The notes under the pieces were generated by a model that was not told the origin of the DNA, searched no databases, and saw nothing but the letters and a program-made list of their open reading frames with translations. Both the position numbers and the translations under genes were made by a program. Shown one piece after another: positions 50,895 through 62,161 of a stretch of DNA of 64,000 nucleotides. The DNA is from Nemertoderma westbladi (taxonomy: Eukaryota > Animalia > Xenacoelomorpha). Every line of letters begins with the position of its first letter. Within the stretch, counting starts at the first letter, position 1. Where the stretch lies: positions 62,001-126,000 of the forward strand of contig JAUCBJ010002523.1 of assembly GCA_032718475.1 (NCBI GenBank). The letters are read 5' to 3'.

Positions 50895-53800
50895 GTGCCC
50901 CTCGGCTATAGAGAGTCCACCCTCGGTTGCTTACTGGATTAAGGACCCATATACTTGGCTGCAGGGGTATATGGCCTGACCAGGCAAATGGTGATCTACC
51001 AATGGCTGGTCAGGAGTAGAGTGTTCTCATGTCCACTCTGTGAACACTTCACTGCGACCTGCACCTGGCAGCAAGGGTACAGGGCATGACCCAGCAGATG
51101 AGCTGCAACAGCCAATGGTGGGTCATGTGCGCCAGAGTAGATATGGGTGATGGGCCTCATATCTGACTCCATTGCGACACCCACCCTGTGGAATGGCAAA
51201 CCAGGGTGTAGTATTTGCCCCGAGAGCTGACTCGGCAAAAAAGCACCCCCCAACCCCCACTATGGATTACATTAGCAATGCGGAGGTCCAGCAACTAGAG
51301 GCCAGTGGAATTACCGGACACAATCGGCCTCACAGGCGTCAGTTAACTCCTGACCGGCTGCCTGTCTCACCCCCTACTGGAGAGAGAGCAGCCAACAATT
51401 CTTTGAGTCCCTTTCCTGATGACCTTTCTGGCCAAAACCCTGGGTCACCAGGAAGGCCAGATTGTGATGGGGAGAGGGATTCTGGAGTTGGAGGCCACTC
51501 TCATGTTCCACCCCGACCAACAAAGCCATTGGTGAATTTGAGGCAAGTCACAAGACTAGCCTCAGTAAACACCCTAACACTCGGGTCCCCAATGCGACAA
51601 GGTGAGCTGACTGCCTTGGCAGATAAGCTTTCTCTTAGCGCAGTGGGTGTTCAAGAGCACCGAATGCAGACTGGACAGACTGATGAGGTTCTGATTAAGG
51701 ACATGGGGGGCGGTTGGCGACTCGCCCTCGCGTCAGCAGAAGATAGTGGCAATGGTGGAATTGGTCTATTGATGAATCCAACTGCACATGCAGCATTGGA
51801 CAAAATAGACCAAATCTCTAACCGCATCATCCGTTGCCACTTCTCATGTTCTTGAAGACTGGCTAAGAAGTTTCCTAAGGTGGTTCTGATTGTGTGCTAC
51901 TCTCCAACTAGTGTTGCCCCTGTAGAGGAGGTGGAAAATTTCTACCACAATCTACAAGCAGCTACTGATGGAGTGGATCAGCATGCATTTTTTACATTCC
52001 TGGGAGACTTTAATGCAAGTCTGCATCAATCACCTACATCGCCCTGGGTCTATAGCAATAGTGTTAACCGAAATTCTGTCCATCTTCAGGATTTTATCTC
52101 TGGAAATGGATTGTTTTCGGCTGGAACCCAGTTCAAGAAGCGAACTGGAAAGCTATGGACTCATAGTGGACCCAGTGGTCACAAGTCCCAGATAGACCAT
52201 ATTCTGTTTCGTAGGAAATACAGGAGCTCTATACAAGACTCTAATGCATTTACACTTCGACCATTCTCCAGTGACCACCGCCTTATTGTGGCCAAGGTAA
52301 GACTTAGTCTGCGTGCTAGCAGAACAACGAAATCTGCCTTGCCGCGGCATGACTGGTCCTCTCTGTTGCAACAGCCAAGTGTGAGATCCAGCTTCACACT
52401 ACAGCTGAGGAACAGGTATGAGGCTCATGCCTCTGAGGCGGCAGATCACTGTGAGGGCTATGCTGCCTTTACAGAAGCAGTTAAGTTAGCAGCTGCAGAA
52501 ACAGTTCCTGTATACCCTCGAAACAGGAAAAGGGCCCCCTGGACTGACAACAAAATTCAGAAGTGCCGAAATGACCTTCATAAGGCGCAGAAAGAGTCCC
52601 GACTCAAACAGACTACAGCGGCCAAGAATGCAGTTAAGGCTGCATCTAGGTCCCTGAACAGGCAGTACTCTGCTAATCTACAGGAGCTAATAAACCAACA
52701 GGTTGATGCCATCAATGATGCTGACGATAGCAGGCAATCATCCCAGGCATGGAAATCGATCAATCTGCTTACTGGGCGGAAAAGCCAACCAACCACCAAG
52801 GTTAAGGCTGAATCACCAGCCGATCGCCTCAATGGTTGGAAAGCCCACTTTGAAAAGCTCCTCAATAATGACAGGGTATTGCCTGATAACTTTATAGAAG
52901 TGAAAGTGTCTGAGTCTGTACTCCCAGATATTCCCATTGGCGATATCTCCTTTGCAGAAGTGAAGGCTGCTGCAAAGAGCATTAAGACCAATCGTGCCAG
53001 TGGAGTAGATAGTGTTCCCCCTGAGGTCTTTAAAATACCTGAGTGTTTAAAGCTCATCTATCCCATCATAGTAGACATGTACCGAACAACAAGAGTCCCA
53101 CAAGAAATGAAAACAAATAAGTTGGTGCCAGTTCCCAAAAAGGGCAACCTAACACTCTATGGTTCTTTTCGGGGAATCTCATTGATCTCGATTGCTGCAA
53201 AGCTATACAATAGGATTCTATTAAATCGCATCAGGGATCCCATTGAGAGACTGCCCCGTGGAAATCAGAATGGGTTCCGTAAAGGTCGTGGGACCATGGA
53301 GCCCATTTTGGCACTTAGAAGGATAATTGAAGAGTTATCTAAAAAGAAAGACAGACATCTGGTTGTTATCTTTGTTGACTTATTAAAGGCCTTTGATTCA
53401 GTCTCTCGCTCACGTATGTTCAGCATACTTTCATTATATGGGATTCCTGATGAAATTATTGCAGCAATCAGATCAGTATACGAAGGTTCGACAACATTTG
53501 TGTCTACTGTTGACGGTGACACAGAACCATTTGAAGTGTTATGGGGCGTCCTCCAAGGAGACACACTTGCACCATTCTTGTTCATTATTGTAGTTGACTA
53601 TGTTCTACGCATGTCCTTAGATCATTATAATGATGATGGGGTGATGATAACTCCACCTACTGGCTCCAGAAGTCGAGGAAATCCTGCCAAGTACCTAACT
53701 GATCTAGACTTTGCTGATGACCTAGGAGTACTCTCAGAATCATTAGAGGGAGCCCAACGGCTCTTCAGCTCATTTTATTAACTCCAGAAAGACCAAAATT

Positions 53801-54484
53801 CTGACAGTTAACTTTGAAAGTCCTCAGCAAGTCTCTGATCGGATGAGCATAAGCTCAAAGGATGGTATGCTTGAGCATGTTGACGACTTCTGTTACCTGG
53901 GATCATGGATCCGGAAGTCAGGTGAGGACCTTCGAATACGTAAGGGAAAGGCATGGGCAGCCTTGAATAGGCTTTCCAGGATTTGGAAGTCACCGAGAAT
54001 TAATCGGAAACTTAAGGTCCGATTATTTAGAGCAGCAGTAGTTCCAGTACTCCTCTACGGGAGTCCATGCTGGGCTCTAACTGCTGAGGACACCAAATCT
54101 CTGGATGGCACATTCACAAGAATGCTACGCCGGGTACATTGTGTCAAGTACAATGCACACATCTCCAACCAGACACTATATAACATTGGAGGTGTCTCAT
54201 TGGTTCCCCCAAGCTTGACACTAGAACAAAATCGCCTCCGCTTTGCAGGACATTGCTTTCGCCGTGAGGACCAGCCAGTGCATAATCTTGTACTTTGGCA
54301 GCCTCATGGAGTGAATAATCATGGTGGACAGCCCATGACTTTCTTGAGACGCATCTTAAAGGACACTGGCCTTGAAGATGCGGATGATCTAGCAAATGTC
54401 ATGGGTGATAGGGAGTTGAGGCGGTGCAATTTTCTCGATAAGCCGGCACAGCATTGCAGCTGCAATGCAGCATGCCGATCCTAG
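50895..54484 (+). mobile_element. RTE LINE family A, near full-length, inactivated
   Basis: 5' UTR, APE (VQEHR, CYSPT, GDFNA, QIDH, SDH), RT (QNGFR, GVLQGD, FADD) and C-terminus. Premature TGA at 51853-51855 (GGA in the copy at ~63946) and a ~29-bp frameshifting deletion at ~53773 relative to the 10.4-kb copy. Confidence 0.95.
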
Positions 54485-55028
54485 AACGACTGCAAGGCAA
54501 CCACAATTTGACCACGCAAAACATAACAGATGAAGTAATAATCCAAATGTCCAAATTTAGGCTATTTTACGTGACCATGATCTTTATGCTCGAAGCAATT
54601 AAGAATTACAGTAAGAATTATTGATTGATATTTTTATTATTTATTGATATTGGGCTTTCTAGGATTTTGAAGTCACACATACTGTAATACGTCCAATCAG
54701 GACCAGTCAGTGCACAATCCTTCCTTTGGCAGCCCCATGGAGAAAATAAGTAAAGTGGACACCCCATGACTTTCTAGAGACGCATCGTAAAGGACACTGG
54801 CTTTGAAGATGCGGATAATCTCGTGAAAGGTTTGTTTAATAATTTTACAAAGGTTACCGTACTGCACTTCTATGGCATACATTTAGTATCAATATTCAAC
54901 AATTTAATACGAGTGTTAATATTGATCTTTTTAAATGATTTTTGCCATGCTGAATTATACCAATTATATGTACCATGTACATTATATTGGTTGCTTCTCA
55001 TGTTTTTTATTAGACTAACTGAGAATGA

Positions 55029-55620
55029 ACTACTACTAGGTCGAGCGAGTTCAGACAGTGGAAATGAGATCCTTCCAGGCTTCCCGATTCTCCATAGTTG
55101 TTGCAATTTCGTTTCTCTCAAGTTCAGAATCCTTTTCAAGCAGGTCTATATATATATTATAGCCGGTCGTCCACGGCTACGCTTTCAATGTGTTAGTTGC
55201 CAGAAAAGTAGATCTGATATGACCTCGTCTTTACTTCTTCAGCAGCAACCACTGAATCTTAATCTGTGTTCACGGACGGTGGTTGATACAGGTGTTATTG
55301 TACCATAAAGCTCGGCAAGGTTGCCCTTAGTAATCCTGTGTAGCAAACGTTAATTATTTGCGCAAGTGATTTCATCAGTGTCCAGGTCTCATTCCCGTAT
55401 AAAAGTACACTTTCCACTGTGGCTCGAATGAACTTAGTCTTTAGGTGCTTGGAAAGGTCTGATTTCCAGATGGAATCCATGTTTGATAGAGCTACTCATG
55501 CCTTTGCTTTCCTAACTTCTGGCTTTTTTGGTACTCTCTATCCATGACCCAAGGTACTGGAAGTCGTCTGAGTGAGTCTGCTCTCTGCAATCACGATTCT
55601 ATGGTCCGAACCAATTATGT
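55029..55620 (-). mobile_element. RTE-B degenerate 3' fragment (duplicate of 17286-17789)
   Basis: MDSIWKSDLSKHLKTKFIRATVES; same flank as in unit A. Confidence 0.85.
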
Positions 55621-58600
55621 ACGAACTGTGAATGTATTTTGGTAGAATTAATTAGTGTTCTTTAAATTATGTAACTAACACCATAAGGCAATACCTACGT
55701 TGAAAGTCAAACTTTTTGAGTGGTTTTTGAAAACTCCAAAATGCCATATTGGTGCCCCTTTCGGTAGGCGCCCAAGGGCAAGTTAACCCCCTACAACTCT
55801 GACTGTCGTTGCCTATAATACAACGTAATATTGCTGCTACAGTACAAAGATTATAATACCATATCCATACATATTGTAGTTTTTATGAGTTTTTACAAAG
55901 ATATGCTGGAAGAAATTAAGAATTGCAGTAAGAATTATTGATTATGCCCGAGGGTTGCAGTTGTATATGAGTTTTATGCGACATACATTCCCTCCCTTAG
56001 GTTCTATACAATACAATCTTATGAGATACATATTAATCTCTCAATAAATATTTGCTAGTAAAAACAGTCCACTGTATACAATTTATACCCCACTATAATA
56101 CAGAGCATTCTCAAAGCAAATACCGGGTTTGACCCTATTAAACGCAGAGTTAACATCCCTCAGATGGGTCATAATCTGACCATTTGAACTACAATACTAC
56201 CTGTAACATCGAACTGCTATAGCGCCGTAGTACAGGACGATCCAAAAGAAGACGAACACGCAGCTACGTGCCCTTGTTACAGCGAAATTGTCCTGACACC
56301 CATTCTGAAAAAACAACTAATACAGTTACTTACAATACAGATTATTATGTCAAGAAATATCTGCTCGTAATCTCAACGCGATAACCACGTCCCGATACGC
56401 CGCAGCGAAAGCTCACCTCGGAGTATATGCGGTTGCCCCCTTCATCTGCACAACAGATGTTCGGCCGAGTTACGAGCTCCTCAACCGTGTAGCTTCCTGC
56501 ACCAACACCCGTTTCGTCCGACGCTTCCTTCGCGAGATACATCTGGAGCTCGCGACGTCCTATGATATAATAAAGTTTATTAGTGACTTTCCATTTTATG
56601 GTTCCCAGTTCCTGGAAGGACATCCCGAGCTGCTTCGAACATGCTCAACGTGAAGGACCAGTTCTCCATGCTGTGCCTCTGAGAATTTTCCTCGGTACTT
56701 AATTAATTTGTTTAATTTAGTTAAATTGGTTATCGCATTTAATTGTATGTAGTGAGTATTTGATATCGAAGTCACCTTTGATCGTTGAAAGATTGTATAT
56801 ACGTGAATTTCATGTAAATTTCAGAAAAAACTCAATATTGTGTTACTCATAGAACGATTGTTGAACTTGTACGTGATTTTAGGGAACGGTTTTGCTGCAT
56901 ACGCTAACTGCATAGTGAAATCTTATATTTTTATCAGAAAATCATTCAATTTCTGTGCGTATGATATTTATGCCTAACTCATGTTGTATACCACCGTGAA
57001 CCTTGTTTATATGTTGCCTATCAGCAGTTATGGTAGTGCTGGGCTCCCATTGGTAACTACCGGTCAAGGTATTCTTATGCCCTATTGGCTGTTCTATTTT
57101 GAAGTGTTGCTTGTTTATATAGTCGATGTTCAATATTAATGCTATTTATTAATGCTAATTGTAAACAATTACTTGATATATTTTGTTAAAAGTTACCAAC
57201 ACCTAGTAAAATAAATTGTACAACATTGCGCTTCACCATAACATACGCACACACACACGCGTCTTAAGATTTATGTTCTACTACTGATATTATTTATTTG
57301 ACTGCTCTTTCTGTCGCCAGTATCGTCTACGCTAGTGTTCGGTCAACTCACTGGCTCGTTATTATACCCATATAAATCACACCGCGGCGAGTCTACAGCA
57401 GTTTATGTCCATCAGTTAGTTAGGATTCGCTGCGCGGGATTGTTTCTCGCGAGTTTGGTCTGTTTTCTGTAGACTGTATTTCTGCCTCACCGGCCGGTTA
57501 GGGACCGGGTCAACCTGATTGTCAAGTTAGCCCAGGCAATTGATTCGCCCAAGTTTAGTAGAAGACATCATCAGGCACCGATCTCGCCAGCAGGAGTTTG
57601 TGTACTTTTAGTATCTATTATTAGGCCCTCCTGTCTGCGTTGGCATTCTACAGTAAATCGTGTGAGATTAAATTATTTAATATCAGTAGAATTTGTAAAA
57701 TAGAATAAGTAAATTGTGTTTTAATTTTAATATAGTAGAATTGTAGAATTCAGTATTTGGTTAGCTATACGCTAATTCTGTAATTTAATTTTGTATTTGG
57801 GCCGTGTGTGTGTAACTGTGTTATTTTTTGGTACTAAAAAAAGGTACTTGGGTTTAAAGACCAATTAGTATCGGTACCTAGGAATTTTTTTTGTAGAGTA
57901 GTCCCCGTAAAACTCTCTCTCACCTTCGATTTTTCAGGACTCATTTCTGGACCGCCTCGGGGATCAGGCCGTTTTTCAGCAAGTTTGGGAGATAAAGGAT
58001 TCGTCCGCAACACTGGGAACGGAACAGTTCTCGTCCAGTTTTTATCTGGGGATCTGTTCGACTGGAAAGGAGCGTAAGTTTTTCGACTCGGGTAGATTAA
58101 AATTAGAGCACAGTATTACTCAAAATTGTTATGAATTTGTTTGATATTTTTCCTCTATTCATTGGTGTTTGGCTTATTATTTTTGTAATTGTTGGTCTAT
58201 TTTGATAGCGTATACCACTATCCCACTTATTGGTACAGATTTAGCCGGTAGGCTAAATTATTATTTTATTATATACTACAGTATAATTAGAGATATTATT
58301 TGTACCGGTTCGGGTATATATAAATATATACCAAGGTAAGTTTGACATTTTGACATTTAAATATTATTACTATCTAAACTGGACGTATATAATTACCGAC
58401 TTGAGTGACATACAACACTCTACGAGAAACCCGTGTGATGCAGACAGATCAACAGTAGACGAACCCAGAAGGAGGACTCGCGATTCTACTGATGTCACAC
58501 CGCGTGCATCGCCGGTACCACCAATGGAAATACCGGAAGCTGTAGTGTTCGCGCTTTTAGACCTTTAACAATTTAACCTGTTAATTTACATATTGTCTTA

Positions 58601-59487
58601 TGTTGTCTGACAGCCCACACACAAACACATATGACCACAGTAGAAGCCAGTCTAGCGCGGCGGCGTGTGACCCACTGTGTGTGGGAGACTGAATTCTATG
58701 GCCGAGAGTGGGGTAACCTACTTTGTATTATTCGATTGATCTCTACTATATAATCTCCAAAAACTATGCTTATTTTCATGGCAATACCAACAGTTTCTTT
58801 AGATGCTGTGCTTTAAATATCAGACAAAGTTATGACTTATACTAATTACAACTGAGGGTTATGGGACATCCCGGTTTTACATTCTTTAGGAATGTAGAAC
58901 TATTCGCTCACACTCACTTTACTAAGAATAGTACTGATACACGCTAATTTGCCGACTGTTACCAATTTTACTCATATATAAGGAGAAATTCAGCTCGCTT
59001 ACGTTGGGGTTATGAAATAGTATAAAATTCATACAGACCACTGTAATTTGAGCCATGCAATTGTTACTAATGTTCCCTTCGGCTTACCTCAATAATAAAG
59101 AAAGTTAGTTGGGATTATTGATTATTCGTACGTATTCTCCAAATAGAAACATCCATTAAATATGTTACCAAATAACAATGAAAAACAGTCTAATCAATTC
59201 ATCCAATCAATTTATATTGTTTGTATATTTAATGGGTAGTTTGATTTCCCAACGATTATTATAAAACACATTGATTCTGAATAGATTTAATTAAGAAGAT
59301 TAAACTTAAATAACTGTAACAAAAACGATAGCACAGTAGTGGTAACTAATAACAACAAATATTACCAATAAGTTATAGAATGAATGAACACGAGATTATA
59401 TTTCTTGAATAATATTGATAACTATTTATACACCCATACACATAGTGTTATAACGATTGGTCATGGCTCTTAGGTTTGCACTCTTAA

Positions 59488-60848
59488 CCCTATTAAACCC
59501 TGGGGGGGGGGAGGGGGGGGGGGGGTCAATATGACCCCCCTTGGTTTTTTTATTATAATTCTGAAACCAACGCAGTTGGGAATCTGAAATTTTATGACTT
59601 TTCCTAAAAATCTATTGTCTTCCCAGTAGTGAAAACCATTTTCAAAAATATTGGGTAGTTTTCGAGTTAGAACACCATTTTTTAACCCTACTTTTGGCAC
59701 ATTTTTGAGACGGTTTTTGAAAATTTCATTTCATTAAATATGAATTGTAACATCTATATTTTTGATTTACACCGTTTTTTTGGTGTCAGCAATTGGATGG
59801 AATTCATATAAATTGATTTAGAAATTTCAAACTTGTTTTTTTCGGCGTGTGCCAAATTTTGGTGCCAGCACGAAATTTTGAAAATCCCTTCAAAAGATAA
59901 AATTGCTTGTGACAATTTATTTCTTGCGTTTTAGAGGTTTATGGCGGTTCTGAATTTAATGGAATAGATAAATATCGAACTAGACATATCAAACTTGTAT
60001 TTTTCAGAAGTGGGTGCAAAATGTGGTGCTAGCACCAAATTTTGAAAACCATCAAATATATCAATTGATTGTGTCACCCTTGTTTCTTGCGTTATACGGG
60101 TTTGTAAGGGTTCTAAATTCAATGGAATCAGTAAAAATGTCATAAGAGTTTTCAAACTTGTATTTTTCGTCGGTGGGTGAAAATTGTTGTGCCAGCACCA
60201 AATTTTGGAAAATAAGCAATTTGATCAGTAGATAGTATCATCATGTTTCTTGCGTTATACGGGTTTATGAGGGTCCTGAATACGATGGAATCAATAAAAA
60301 CAGCACTGGACATCGCAAACTTGTACTTTTTGGTGATGGGTACGAAAGTTGGTGCTTGCACCAAAATTTGCCAATTTACGCCGAAAAATACAAGTAGCAA
60401 TGATCTGGCATATTAGAAATGTATTCCATTAGAATCAGCTTCCTAGAAAACTTGAAAATGTGAATTTATAGCATCGTATAAGTGAATTAAAAATTTTGTG
60501 TTCTAACTGAAAAGTGCTGGTTGCTTGTTTTTTTCATTTTGTTCCTACGCAGAGAGGACTAAACAGCCACTTATAGTAATCATATCATTTTTAAATATTT
60601 TCCAATGTATTTTGCGCCCCAGAAAACCTGTATTGAAAAACAATTAGCCGAAAAATGTAACTTTCAAATTTTGTGAAAATTGTGCACTACTTGTAAATTT
60701 GGTGCTGCAATATAACCACCCCAGTACATTTTTTCGAAAATTTTTTTTTCGGTCGGATCCAGACTAGTGATACCTACGTACAAACAAAAAATCAGACGTT
60801 TTCGTCAGACGTATTTGTACAACATTTTATAGCCCGGTACTAATAGGG
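59488..60848. mobile_element. complete non-autonomous piggyBac-type MITE (1361 bp)
   Basis: TTAA TSD at 59484-59487 and 60849-60852; TIR CCCTATTA/TAATAGGG. Empty site GTTTGCACTTT(T/A)AAGGAAAC in the other three units. Confidence 0.95.
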
Positions 60849-61046
60849 TTAAGGAAACAAGCATACTGAGTTATTTTACAGTGTGGTCGTATATATATCA
60901 TAACATTATTCATGTGGCAAGACAATGCAGAATAGTTTCAGTGATATTTTTAGATTTACAGAGGGAATAACAATACAAGTTCGAACTGTGTGGATTTAAA
61001 GATATTCACTTTTAGAAGGCGTCCCACACTACTAAGCTATTGGATA

Positions 61047-61603
61047 TCAGTAGAAGTCAATAGTAATTGTTACGGCCAACAGAATATAAGCAACAGCTCC
61101 AGTGAGGTGTTTCGCCAAACTAGCTGTTGTTGTGAATATTTCAGGTTGTTTCTCGGTTGTTTCTGGTCCGGTTGTTACCGGATCAAACACGGGATCATTC
61201 CAATCCACGGTTCCATTGGGGAACAGATAGTCGTGTTCCCACACAACGTCTACTACTTTGTTGCAGACTTCTGTTCCGTGGCAGCAGATTTTCATGCAAC
61301 TCGGATGTCTCAGCTCGATGGTGTACGCCGAACTAAATGTCTCGAACTCGTCTCCAACCTTCTTTCTGCATTCCTCTTCATCGTGATCCTTGCAGCCATC
61401 AGAACGATGGCAGTATTCTTCCCTTGTATACAAAAAACCTTGGAAAACTTCGCTATTTACATAGAATATACCTGGCAATTGATTATAATGCAGACGGCAT
61501 GTTAAGCAATCCATTTCATTGTATCCTGGATTTTCTTCTTGCCAGCCACCGCTATCCGGGAACACTTCCGGCAGAGCTGTCTTATAAGTAACCATGGTGT
61601 GTC
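61047..61603 (-). pseudogene. Ly6/uPAR-like protein, copy 4, interrupted after about codon 30 by an LTR element
   Basis: The remaining frame is open and keeps 9 of 10 Cys, but homology ends at 61603. Signal peptide and Cys1 are absent from the window. Confidence 0.85.
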
Positions 61604-62161
61604 TGTGACGGGATCGGAGGATCCCGACCAGTTTGGTTTATGTACGCATCAGCCGCACCGTGTGATGGAAAAGATAAGAGTTTGTGTTGTCCAATGTTGT
61701 TGATAATAAGATATATGTATAATATAGGTGGTGGCAGATAGCACAGTAGACCGGTATGATGATACAGTGGGTGATGGCGGTGACGGTCTTAAAATGTCAC
61801 CATACTGCCATGACTGAGTGACTGAGTAAATTACTGAATGAGAAACACCAACCGGTAATATACACTATGTTGGCCCTATTACTTAGCTGATGCCTCTCCC
61901 TCGCCCCTCATTGGCTGACAACCTACTTCTCGCCTTCAGCTCTGCGGGGGTGTTTCCCCCCCCCCGCTGCTGTTACTTTCCCTCTCCCCGGAGGCTAAAC
62001 CTCTGACCTCCATTGTGTGAGGCTCTCTGGGGTTTGTCGTCCCCATTTATTGGGGGTGATACAAGGTTGGTTGGTAATCAACCTCGTACTCCCCAATATT
62101 GCTTAAAGGCGCTCTTTCCAACTTTATGGGGGTTGGTGAGGCGGAATTGAATCCGCTCACA
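61604..62161 (-). mobile_element. 3' LTR (558 bp) of an LTR retroelement
   Basis: Termini TGTGA...TCACA. On the minus strand it is preceded by polypurine tract GGGGGGGAG (62162-62170). It begins exactly where gene homology ends. Confidence 0.8.

Noticed and set aside
50895-51000. HDV-like ribozyme at the RTE-A 5' end
   Set aside because: GAGTCCACCTC resembles a P3/L3 but the loop length is non-canonical and I could not find P1/P2 partners by eye; needs a covariance-model search.
51880-53781. Prokaryotic-type RT system (retron, DGR, group II intron) diversifying the Ly6-like genes
   Set aside because: All RTs are APE-type LINE RTs; no template repeat or adenine-specific mutation pattern is seen among the paralogs.
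60990-61505. Plus-strand ORFs overlapping the Ly6-like genes (also 25653-26090, 14026-14392, 46746-47070)
   Set aside because: Antisense shadows whose starts and stops differ between paralogs, whereas the minus frame is conserved.
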